A DNA stretch of 46,602 nucleotides from Octopus bimaculoides (taxonomy: Eukaryota): positions 38,129,132-38,175,733 of the forward strand of contig NC_068987.1 in assembly GCF_001194135.2 (NCBI RefSeq), read 5' to 3'. Both the position numbers and the translations under genes were made by a program. Every line of letters begins with the position of its first letter. Position 1 is the first letter of the stretch. Of this stretch, positions 22,201-33,115 are shown piece after piece. The notes beneath the pieces were generated by a model, which was not told where the DNA came from, did not search any database, and saw nothing but the letters and a program-made list of their open reading frames with translations.

Positions 22201-23236
22201 AAAGGTATCAGTATTACAGGTGCATGGTTAAAAAGTTTCCTTTGTAACCATGGTATTCTGGGTTTGATTCCACTGCATAACATCTTGGACAAGTGTTTTC
22301 TACTGGATGTAAAATTTATTGAACAGAAACAGTGTGGGAGCCCATTATATGTATATATTTAAGCACACACGCACACATTATCATTAGTACTAGCAGAAAG
22401 ACCGCCCTCCAGACGGTTTTCTGCTAGCCCCTTGATAATATTTTCCCATTTGATTCCCAATTCTTATAATTTTTATATTTTATGTCTAATTATTTCTTTG
22501 TATAATAGCGCTCACTTGCTTAGTAAGTATTGTTTTCATTATCTTATCAGTCATAATCTCTCTTTTTTAAACAAGCATCATGGTAGTCCAACGACAGAGG
22601 GAAAAGCAGTTTGTCAAGTATTATCTTCCCCTGAAAGCAACATAGCGATTTTACTTCAGCAACCCTTCTGTAAGCTTTGCAGTGTGTGTGAGAGAAAGGG
22701 TGGGGAGAGAGAACATTGCAAACAATGTATGAAATAAACATGAAATGAAAAAATCGTATAAATAAAAGGGCATTACTACAGATGTATATGCCCCTGACTT
22801 TGTTGCTTCATAATATCCAGAAAAATGGATACTTTTTAACAAAATTTTCTAAAAATACTGCTTAGATGTTAAGCTTCAGAGTATATATATAGGGATTTAT
22901 GAGAAAGAATTTTTCCGAGGGGGCGGAGAGAAGAGTTTTAGAAAATTCACACGATCTGACTTTTTTTCTTCACAACTTTCAGGAAGATGGGTATCTTTTA
23001 ATGAAAATTTATACAAATCCCTTTCAAACGACATAGATTACGATTTTAAAGAAAATTGTGGAGAAAATTTTTTCTGGGATTTTTCTCATTTTTTTTTAAA
23101 ACCACAGACTTCGAAATGATGGGGTGGGGGGCATCTGTATGAAAAATGTTTTGTAAACTTTTTTTTGTTGTTTTGCACCCCCTCCCTTATCATCCCACTC
23201 TAGACCTATTTTGGCCAATTTCCTTTTGCTCTTCAG

Positions 23237-23257
23237 AACCATGGGAAGAGCGGAAAA
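23237..23257 (+). CDS. Candidate 21-nt start-codon exon (ACC-ATG-G; MGRAE[K/N]) of an unidentified downstream gene
   Basis: Acceptor tttccttttgctcttcag|, then AACCATGGGAAGAGCGGAAAA, then |gtaagt. No partner exon found. Confidence 0.3.
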
Positions 23258-23636
23258 GTAAGTGATTTAAGGGCGATTTGGCTGTTGTTTCTAGCATATC
23301 CAAAGACAACCCTCCTCGTTTCTTTATCACTCTCGCATGTATTGATGTTTTCAATATTTTTTCCCCATAAATACATTTATATGCCATAAAAAGATTTGAG
23401 AACTTAAGAATTTTTACAACTTCACTCCCTACCCCTGATTGTTTCTGTTTAGAAATTAAAATATTGGAGAGCCTGTGAAGGTCATTGCTGGCATTTATCC
23501 ACAGTGATTTTAAAAAATCATGGAGATGTACTTGCATAGCAAGTGACTTGATCTGAGATTGTGTGCTGAAACAAAAACAATTGCAGCGTAGATGTTTATA
23601 AGCCATTCAAGAACACACAGAAACCGTTAGTTTCAC

Positions 23637-23889
23637 GGCACCACTTAAATACAGAGGTCCTGATGCATCTATGTAACGATATGAAGGGGAGGGTTAGTTT
23701 TAGAATTAGTTTTTAGGGTTAAGGTTAGGGCAAGTTTTAGGGTTAATTAGGATTAGGGTGTCATTGCACGTACAATGTTTTGTACATAACACCTGTATTT
23801 AAGTAGTACTTCTGTATTTAAGTAGTACCATTAAGGGACCTCTGTATTTAAGTAGTACCATTAAGGGACCTCTGTATTTAAGTAGTACC
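23637..23889. mobile_element. Second Merlin-like MITE with degenerate TTAGGG repeats and a multiplied right TIR
   Basis: TIR GG(C/T)AC(C/T)ACTTAAATACAGAGGTCC (22/24 match) and 8-bp TSD AGTTTC(A/G)C. TTAGGG-like tract at ~23692-23759. Confidence 0.75.
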
Positions 23890-24659
23890 AGTTTCGCTTC
23901 AACATTAAAATTTCATTTGTGTCAAAATATTATCTTCGCTTTATCTTCACTGATAAAACTTCGCAAAAGTAATGCAGCACGAAGTTTTGTCAGTGAACAT
24001 TGCGCGCGAGCGCGCGCACACACATTCATTGCCTTTCATTTGTTTATATGTGTAACTGTGTGTTCGCGACTGTGTCACTGTTGAAGTCGCTTGTGCCACT
24101 TGCTTGTTTATATATTGGCTTAGTAGTACAGAGTGTTTGGAAACTGTAAGTTGCAAGTTTCGAGTTATTGTCGGTAACTTTTTTTTTCTCCTCGTCTTCT
24201 AATAGTAATTACCCAACTTTTTAGGCTCTTCTCACAGTTATCTCACATTCAAAAATTATATGGGTATTTAAAAAAATTTTCATTCACTAAATAATAAATT
24301 ACGTATACATTAATAGAAGAAACTGACGGTTTTCCAAATAGCGAATGAAAACTTAAAAGAGAAAGTGAGACTTTGCAAATGAGAATGGAATATTCCACAG
24401 TGAATGCAATGAATATTTAAATTTGTGAACTGGACGCAGTGAAAGCAATGAATATTTAAATTTACGAGAAATTGGAGTTTAAAAAATTCAAGAAACTTGA
24501 GAAATCGAAATTATTAAAAAAAATTTTTTTTATTTTATCTAGTTTCAGCTCACGAGCAGTGGCCATGATGGGACAAGGTCAATCCTTTAATAATTGCTTT
24601 CTTTTAGTATTTTTATTAATTATTACACACCTAATTAATAAGAAGCTTTCTCCGTTATA

Positions 24660-26727
24660 GTATAGATTATTTAAGACGTCGCGTGATACAATTGCGCGAT
24701 GCTGTTGATTGAAGATATTGTATCTACCGGGGGTTTGTACTGTCTGTCACAAGGATCTCAGACAGACAGTACTTTATGCAATATATATGCAGTTCCAAGT
24801 AATGCCGACTTTTGCAGTACACCTAGATTGTAGGGTATTTCTAAAGTTTCCAGATGTTTTTTTTTTTTTTCGAGTTGGATGGTATTAAACTCAATGCTCT
24901 GATGACAATAGGGACGACTTTTATGTTTGACTCACGTAGCTGTCACATCTTAATGATGTCAATTTTCAGGTCTCCATCTTTACCAATCTTTTCTCTTTCT
25001 TTCATGACGATATGTTGATCTCCTAGCACTACCACGTCGATTATTAGGCACTCTTCTTTGTTCCTCCCAAAGGTTACTATATCCGGTCTTCGGTGCTCTA
25101 ACACCTTGTCTGTTTGAAAGTCAAAGTCCCAAAAGATTTATACCTTCCCTTTTTCGTCCATTACCTTTTCCGGTGTATGTTGGTATCAAGCACTCGTATC
25201 CATACTTCCGGTATAGTAGCCAGTGAAGGTTTTGGGCTACCATGTCGTGTCTGCGCTTGTACTCTTTCTGCGCAAAACTTTCACAAACACTAACAATGTG
25301 AGACACGCTTTCAACCCTCTTCCGACACGGTATGTATCCCTCTTCACTGAGTTGGCATTCAATGCCTGATCCTGGGAAGCGATGATTAGGCTTTCAATAT
25401 TCTTTTTTAGGTCACCCTTGCTGAGCCACCTCCATGATGCTTCCTGGTTTTTTAAGTAGCCAGTTTTACAGTGTAACTGACCATGTAATTCTATGCAGAG
25501 TAGGGTTTCTTCTATCTCGTTGGCTGTTCGCGATCGGAATTCATGATCACTCTCAAGTTTATTTTTGGAAAATCTTTCTGCATTAATAGCATACTGTAGC
25601 AGGTCTTGTTTGTTGTTCACCAAATATTCTGCCATGTTTCTTCTTTCACTGCTGGTGCACTCCCTACGCTAATCAGCCCACGTCGACCTTTACCCCTCTT
25701 CATAAAGAGCCTGTGTACATTCACTTTAGGGTGGAGGGCACCATGCATTGTCATTGTCTTTCGAGTAGTGTGATCAAATTGGTTAATCTCCGCTTGCGTC
25801 CATTCCAGAATGGGTGCACTATAGCGGACTACAGCTACAGCCCATATGTTGAGATGAGTTTTGATTTCAAGAGAAGTTTGAGGCTCTTAAAATATGCAGT
25901 GATGATCTTGTCTTTCATTTCCATCTCCAGCAAGATATTGTCCAGCTCCAGGATCCCAAGGTGCTTGTACCCATCATTATCGGGGTCTTCCATTCTCTCT
26001 CCGTTTGGCAATTCTATGCCCTACAATCTTCTCTTTTCCCCCGTTTCAAAGTGAGCACCACACACTTCGAGATGCCAGATTCCATCCCTGTATCCTTGCT
26101 GCACATCTGCACAGTTTCAGCCAGCCTCTCCATTTCAGGCTCTGTTTTTGCGAACAGTTTTAAATCATCCATGAAAAGAGCGTGGATGAGACAGGGTCCA
26201 TTCTTTCTCAGCTCATAGTGCGCATTGACTTTGCGTAAGACTACAAAAAGTGGGATCATGGCTATAACAAATAACGAAGGTGAACAAGTCTCCCTGGAGG
26301 CGACGAGCTGGCAGAAACGTTAGCACGTTAGAAATGCTTAGCGGCATTTCGTCTGCTGTTACGATCTGAGTTCAAATTCCACCGAGGTCGACTTTGCCTT
26401 TCATCCTTTCGGGGTCGATAAATTAAGTACCAGTTACGCACTGGGGTCAGTGTAATCGACTTAATCCGTTTGTCTGTCCTTGTTTGTCCCCTCTATGTTT
26501 AGCCCTTTGTGGGCAATACAGAAATAAGAGTCTCCCTGGAAGATACCTCTTTTGATTGTAACCTAGTTGTTACAGAAAAGACGTGTTTTCCAACTAGGCA
26601 TGCTGCTCTTAATCAGTGCACAACGTTCTCAGCAAGTCCACACATGTCGAGTGTTTCCAAAATCCACGAATGCGGCAACATGTTGTAAACCTTTTTAAAA
26701 TCTTTCCAAGCCATGCACAAGTTTATC
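24660..26727 (-). mobile_element. 5'-truncated, decayed R4/Dong-clade LINE interrupted by a SINE
   Basis: Minus strand: NLCMAWKDF, RGIFQGD, HALFMDDLKLFAK, SLIIASQDQAL, HIVSVCESFAQKEYKRRHDMVAQNLHW, RRPDIV, LQKSALLGTAYILHKVLSV* (stop 24758-60). Confidence 0.92.
26299..26528 (+). mobile_element. Full-length family A SINE with 12-bp TSD
   Basis: AGTCTCCCTGGA at 26287-26298 and 26529-26540 flanks a complete SINE. Confidence 0.92.
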
Positions 26728-26745
26728 ATTGTTGTTGTTGTTATC

Positions 26746-26935
26746 AAGGTGGTGAACTGGCAGAATCGTTATCGCGTCGGGCAGAATGTTTAGCCGCTTT
26801 TCATACGTCTTTACCTTCTGAGTTCAAATTCAGCCGAGGTCATCTTTGCCTTTCACCCTTTCGGGATCGATGAAATAAATACATGTTGAGTGCTGGAGTC
26901 AATGTAATCAACTAGCCCCCTTGCACCAGATTTCG
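26746..26935 (+). mobile_element. Family A SINE
   Basis: AAGGTGGTGAACTGGCAGAATCGTT...GAGTTCAAATTC. Confidence 0.85.
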
Positions 26936-26949
26936 GTGCATAGTAGTGG

Positions 26950-27290
26950 CGTGAAAGAAGGGAGAAAGGAACAGAGGCAATAGGTGTATAGTGATACAAA
27001 AAATAAGATTGTGGGAAGAATTTAAACTGAAAGTTGTATAAGGTGGGTTGGGTAAAAAAAAAATGAGGTGGAGTAATTCAAACCGTAAGTCGTGTAAGTT
27101 TGAGATATAACATAAGGTCTATTTCCCTCAAGAGGCGAGTGATGTTTGGTAGAATGGTCAGTAAAGCGGAAATGTCGAGAGATAGGTGACCCGTTGCAAA
27201 GTCGGATGCCGGTTTGCTTGATATAGAAAAAATTAGAGGCATATATTAGTTTATTAGAAGTGCAGCAAAAAGGAATCTCTAATGTGAACA
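26950..27290 (-). mobile_element. Penelope-like element remnant (GIY-YIG endonuclease C-terminus)
   Basis: One minus-strand frame reads CTSNKLIYASNFFYIKQTGIRLCNGSPISRHFRFTDHS, with YGLN downstream. This fits the PLE GIY-YIG pattern CTS.N.IY...YIGQT..RL...P++RHF...H...GLN. Confidence 0.7.
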
Positions 27291-28887
27291 GTGCGGTTAT
27301 GTATGTATGTATGTATGTATGTATGTATGTATGTATGTATGTATGTGTGTATATATATGTATCAAAAGAGCAAGGTAGCTTGCTTGATGCATTGTGATAA
27401 AGAAGTAAATGAGTAAGAATAGAGAACTTCTTACAATGCGGATAAAGGAATAAACTTTAAAGTCTTGTATAGTTCGAGCACATCAGCAGTAAACAAAGAA
27501 TTATCAGTCTATTTAGATGTCGGTTATGTTGGTTGTGGTGCTGACAACTGAAGTAGAAGGGCTAGTAGTAGTGGTGGAAGTTGAACAAGTTGCATCCATA
27601 CTTCGCGACGTACGTGTAAGTGCTGTTAACACTAATGAACGATTAGAGATTATAATAGCAGCGACCAACAATAGCAGCAGTGGTTGTAGCTTCCGAAATG
27701 GTCAGTGGTCGCAATGATTATAGTGAAGGCAATGGCGAGTAGCTAGCCATTGGTTTGTGGAACTAGTTGTGGAAGTGACTATCACCTATATAGAAATTAG
27801 CGGCGGTGATGGTCGATGTAGAATTGGGATGTCGGCTAATAATATCGGTATTGGAACAGTTATTAAATTATGATCGTGCTGATATTAGTAGTAGAAGACA
27901 CGAATTCGACTACAGTGAGGAGATTTTACAAATCATTGGTCTACCACCGTTCAATCATTGATCTTCTGGCTAAGTTAATGCGTAATCAAAATTTCATTGA
28001 TTCAAAGATTTTCAATATTTCTTTATGAAAGCGTCTGTGCCGTTGGTAGAGTTATTGCATTTCAGGATGTTTGCGGAAAGAAGACTGGCCGGTTCACAGT
28101 ACCAATGTAGTGATTCCTGCATTAAGAACATCATAGCTGGTTGATTACATAGGCCCACTAACACTTGCATGTGTCGCAAATGGAATAGTTAGCTAGTGTG
28201 CTGGTGTGTCGTTTAAAGTGGAGGGGGAGTTCTCACTGACACGTGGTCTTACAGATAGCAGTGGTGGTCCTCTAGTTGAAATGAGGTAACTTCGAAAAAG
28301 GTTTTGGGGCTTCTAGACCTGGAGATACTGGATACCCATTGATTTCTAAAACTTTTAGGAAATACATAGTTCGGGTAATCTGGCTAGCTGTGACACTACA
28401 TCTGTTATGGATACGGGTGGTCTCGTTCTGTACGTAGCAAGTTTATGCAGAGACGCCGGATTTAAAGATTAAGTCAATTATATTGACTTACCCACTATTT
28501 GTTGGATGGTAAATATTTTGTCCAATTCAGAAAAATGGACGTCAAAGTCTGCTAGGGCAGGATTTGAATTAATAACACAAAGAGCCATAACCATAAGATA
28601 TTTTGATCGACGCTTTACCGATTCTGCTATATACATGTGAATTTGTATGTCTACGTGTGTCTTTGGGTGTGTATAAAACTGCACATAAGAAAGCTAATTA
28701 GTGGTAGATTAAATATAAGAACACAGGTTAAAATTTTTTCCTACAAATAATTACTCGCGCGCGCACGTGTGTCTGTGTGTGTCTTTCTGTTTATCCATCT
28801 TGACAACCGCACATATCACATATACATGCGTGTATATATATATATATACAAATAGATAGATAATAGATAGATAGATGGTTTTATATA

Positions 28888-29110
28888 TATACTTGCAGTA
28901 TAGCTCGGCTTTGCCCGGGATTAAGTTAGGATTATTAAGCTGATCAAGTTCTTTATTTCAAACCAAACTAAGTAACATCATCGTCAAATTTGGGCAGAAT
29001 AAGTGTCGCGACGGGAGCGCATGGGTTGGGAGTTTGATCGGCAGAGGCGATCAGGTTACACATGCCACCTCTTTGAAAACATCACCCCCATCATTTAACC
29101 CCTCTTTATA
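28888..29110 (+). mobile_element. Possible non-autonomous Helitron/Helentron-like element end
   Basis: TATACTTGCAGTATAGCTCGGCTTTGCCCGGG resembles the TATACTAGC...CCCGGC.TTGCCCGGG ends of such elements. It runs into an N gap. Confidence 0.35.
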
Positions 29111-29569
29111 TATATATATATATATATATATATNNNNNNNNNNNNNNNNNNNNNNNNNNNNNNNNNNNNNNNNNNNNNNNNNNNNNNNNNNNNNNNNNNN
29201 NNNNNNNNNNNNNNNNNNNNNNNNNNNNNNNNNNNNNNNNNNNNNNNNNNNNNNNNNNNNNNNNNNNNNNNNNNNNNNNNNNNNNNNNNNNNNNNNNNNN
29301 NNNNNNNNNNNNNNNNNNNNNNNNNNNNNNNNNNNNNNNNNNNNNNNNNNNNNNNNNNNNNNNNNNNNNNNNNNNNNNNNNNNNNNNNNNNNNNNNNNNN
29401 NNNNNNNNNNNNNNNNNNNNNNNNNNNNNNNNNNNNNNNNNNNNNNNNNNNNNNNNNNNNNNNNNNNNNNNNNNNNNNNNNNNNNNNNNNNNNNNNNNNN
29501 NNNNNNNNNNNNNNNNNNNNNNNNNNNNNNNNNNNNNNNNNNNNNNNNNNNNNNNNNNNNNNNNNATAT

Positions 29570-30000
29570 ATAACGGAGTAAGCACATAAATGTGAAACAA
29601 AGTGGAAAAAAGAGTACTCAAATACCAGAGGTAGAGTAATATGCTTTATTTAAAAGCAGCAGAAATATAACAAAAGCTGTTACTCAGAGTTTCCCGTTCC
29701 CGTTCGTTGGGCAGTTTTGTTAAAATAGAACAGAAATAACGATATGATCAAAACTAGTTAAAGGATACATCTTTAAAAATGGATTTGTTTCATTGGTCCT
29801 TTCAATTAACGGTCTTAAGCATGCAATGAAAAAAATAAACAAAATGAGTGAATTCAATATAAATTCATCCTATCATAAAAATCGAGGAAAACCTTAAATC
29901 GAAGAGCGGATTCAAAATACATATTGCAAATAATTCTATACGAACTATAATTCGATTAATAGATTAAAAATTAAGATTATAATTAAAATTTCCACGTTGT
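29570..30000 (-). mobile_element. Penelope-type terminal repeat region with a hammerhead-like vestige
   Basis: Minus strand has CTGCCCAACGAACGGGAACGGGAAACTCTGAGTAACAG followed by a T-rich tail-like region. Confidence 0.5.
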
Positions 30001-31722
30001 ATTACATAAATATTTTACATCAGTATATACGCATACTAAACCATTAATATACATATATGCATCAAAATACGCAGATGGATGCACACAGACTATATACATA
30101 TACAGACATATATATGTGAAACGTAAATATACACACAAATACACATACACATGTGTATACATATGTACGCAATCATGCTCGTATGCAAAAATCACTTGTT
30201 GTATACATATAGACGCTAGGTCCACAATCACATATAGAAAAATTTAATAAGTAAATATACTAAAAAGACCTATAATAAAAATCAAAAAAGTACAAAGTAA
30301 TGAATATTAAAATAATAAAATGACTACTCGTGTTTCATAACCACATTTTCAAATAGAAATAAAATAAAAATCAAATCGATTCAAAATAAATGACATCTCA
30401 CAAGTTGATTCAATAAATTCAATAGAGGGCAGATCATTTGTCTGTCACCTTTGCTGCAGACCGTACAAATCTAATGCTAGGCTTAAAAGCCACCCAAGGG
30501 GTCATGGACGAACGTTTGGAGCTGATGATGGTTGATAGGGGTACATGAGGAGACGGCAATCATCTGCAAAGATGAAGCAATCAACATATGTATATGTATA
30601 TGTATATGTATGTGTATATATATATATATATATACATATATATAGGGAGAGTTCACAAAAAGAAACAACAAAAGACGAAGACAGGTGGTGTAGATAACAA
30701 ACAGATGTATTAGTTTAACGCTCGGGAAGTGAAGAAGACTTTAAGGTTTCGAGCCTACGCTCTTCCACAGAAAGGAACAAGGAGAGAAAATAAAGAACGT
30801 GTAGTGGCTAGCGATCTATCATGGCGAATATATCTATATCTATCTATCTATCTATCTATCTCTCTCTCTCTCTCTCTCTCTCTANNNNNNNNNNNNNNNN
30901 NNNNNNNNNNNNNNNNNNNNNNNNNNNNNNNNNNNNNNNNNNNNNNNNNNNNNNNNNNNNNNNNNNNNNNNNNNNNNNNNNNNNNNNNNNNNNNNNNNNN
31001 NNNNNNNNNNNNNNNNNNNNNNNNNNNNNNNNNNNNNNNNNNNNNNNNNNNNNNNNNNNNNNNNNNNNNNNNNNNNNNNNNNNNNNNNNNNNNNNNNNNN
31101 NNNNNNNNNNNNNNNNNNNNNNNNNNNNNNNNNNNNNNNNNNNNNNNNNNNNNNNNNNNNNNNNNNNNNNNNNNNNNNNNNNNNNNNNNNNNNNNNNNNN
31201 NNNNNNNNNNNNNNNNNNNNNNNNNNNNNNNNNNNNNNNNNNNNNNNNNNNNNNNNNNNNNNNNNNNNNNNNNNNNNNNNNNNNNNNNNNNNNNNNNNNN
31301 NNNNNNNNNNNNNNNNNNNNNNNNNNNNNNNNNNNNNNNNNNNNNNNNNNNNNNNNNNNNNNNNNNNNNNNNNNNNNNNNNNNNNNNNNNNNNNNNNNNN
31401 NNNNNNNNNNNNNNNNNNNNNNNNNNNNNNNNNNNNNNNNNNNNNNNNNNNNNNNNNNNNNNNNNNNNNNNNNNNNNNNNNNNNNNNNNNNNNNNNNNNN
31501 NNNNNNNATAGGAAGGCAGGAAGTAGAAAGAATCCCTTTCGTCACGTGTCAGCGACGAGATGGTCAAGGAGGAGGAGTGAGAGAGAGGGAACGGTGAAAG
31601 GAAGAGAAGAATAGAGGAGGGCTGGGAGAGAAAAACAGAAAGGATGAAGAACAAGAGAGGGAGAGAGATAGACAGAGAAGTGATAGTAATAGTAGTAGAG
31701 TGCGCAGTAGTAATTAATATAA

Positions 31723-33082
31723 AACTTACTTGGAAACAGTGCGTGGCGTTCGATCATATAATAATGTAGATAATATATAAATATATGCATATATCCATAC
31801 ATATATGTACATACCTACATCTATATGTATACATACATACATGTAGTGAAACCACCTCTCTCACGGTTATTTATTTACAAATGCGAACGTAGCAGGTAAC
31901 ATCTCTTTCCCACTTTGGACCCGGCTGTTGTCCATCACCTGACTGACTCTTATTTGCGCGGCAATTGTCACCTGTCCTGTTCGCGCCAGGGTGCAAACCG
32001 ACCAATCGTGGCCATCTAATAAGGTCACATGAGAGAGTGTTTTTCTGATCTTTCTGGAGCCTCCTTGTACCTATAAATAGCCTGCTTTATACGCGCCAAT
32101 AGGTCTCGGCTTCAGACCTGCTAAGGTCTGGTCGTAGACCACACAGCACCAACCAGCCAGTTTCCAGCGACGACATCAACACCATCGTTCAACTGTTTAC
32201 TACAAGCATCGTCGCCAGCGTCAACACGACTCTACGTACACAAGCAACCAAGCAGCAACCGCAGCTTCTCTTCTCAACCCTGTTTGTGTGAATTGTTCAC
32301 CACGAAATAACAGCCAGAATTCGACACCTGCGAGAAACCATCTGTATCAAGTAGCCCGGCCCGGCATAAAAGCCTCAACTGCACGACAAGTGACTTAGCT
32401 CTGCCTCAACGCCTCAACCTCTTATATACAGACTTTCAACTACTGTGTACTTTAACTGAGAACTGATATTTCACATCCTGGTGTCTGGACTTACTTTTAA
32501 CGTCCTTATTACAGACTCTTTTCTATCCTCTGTATCNNNNNNNNNNNNNNNNNNNNNNNNNNNNNNNNNNNNNNNNNNNNNNNNNNNNNNNNNNNNNNNN
32601 NNNNNNNNNNNNNNNNNNNNNNNNNNNNNNNNNNNNNNNNNNNNNNNNNNNNNNNNNNNNNNNNNNNNNNNNNNNNNNNNNNNNNNNNNNNNNNNNNNNN
32701 NNNNNNNNNNNNNNNNNNNNNNNNNNNNNNNNNNNNNNNNNNNNNNNNNNNNNNNNNNNNNNNNNNNNNNNNNNNNNNNNNNNNNNNNNNNNNNNNNNNN
32801 NNNNNNNNNNNNNNNNNNNNNNNNNNNNNNNNNNNNNNNNNNNNNNNNNNNNNNNNNNNNNNNNNNNNNNNNNNNNNNNNNNNNNNNNNNNNNNNNNNNN
32901 NNNNNNNNNNNNNNNNNGGAAGAAAAATGTTCAACGTTCTTTTTATGATGTCCTGTACTCATATATGCATGTATGTATACATATAGATGTAGGCATGTAT
33001 ATATATGTATGGATATATGCATATATTTACATATTATTTGCGTTATCATATGATCGAACGCCACGCACTGTCTCCAAGTAAG

Positions 33083-33084
<2 letters not shown>
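31723..33084. mobile_element. Inverted-repeat (foldback) element with ~120-bp arms enclosing an LTR
   Basis: 31723-31841 (AACTTACTTGGAAACAGTGCGTGGCGTTCGATCATAT...) is the reverse complement of ~32969-33084. TA-rich flanks. Confidence 0.75.
31842..32536 (+). mobile_element. LTR (probably solo; 3' end uncertain, possibly in the N gap)
   Basis: Starts TGTAGTGAAACC. CCAAT at 32002, GTCACATG at 32024, TATAAATA at 32072. Homologous to 36183-37180. Confidence 0.7.

Positions 33085-33115
<31 letters not shown>

Noticed and set aside
23190-23606. 138-aa minus-strand ORF
   Set aside because: No recognisable domain, AT-rich composition and no supporting splice structure.
23793-23889. CRISPR-like direct repeats
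   Set aside because: Eukaryotic context, no unique spacers, and the repeats are multiplied TIR cores.
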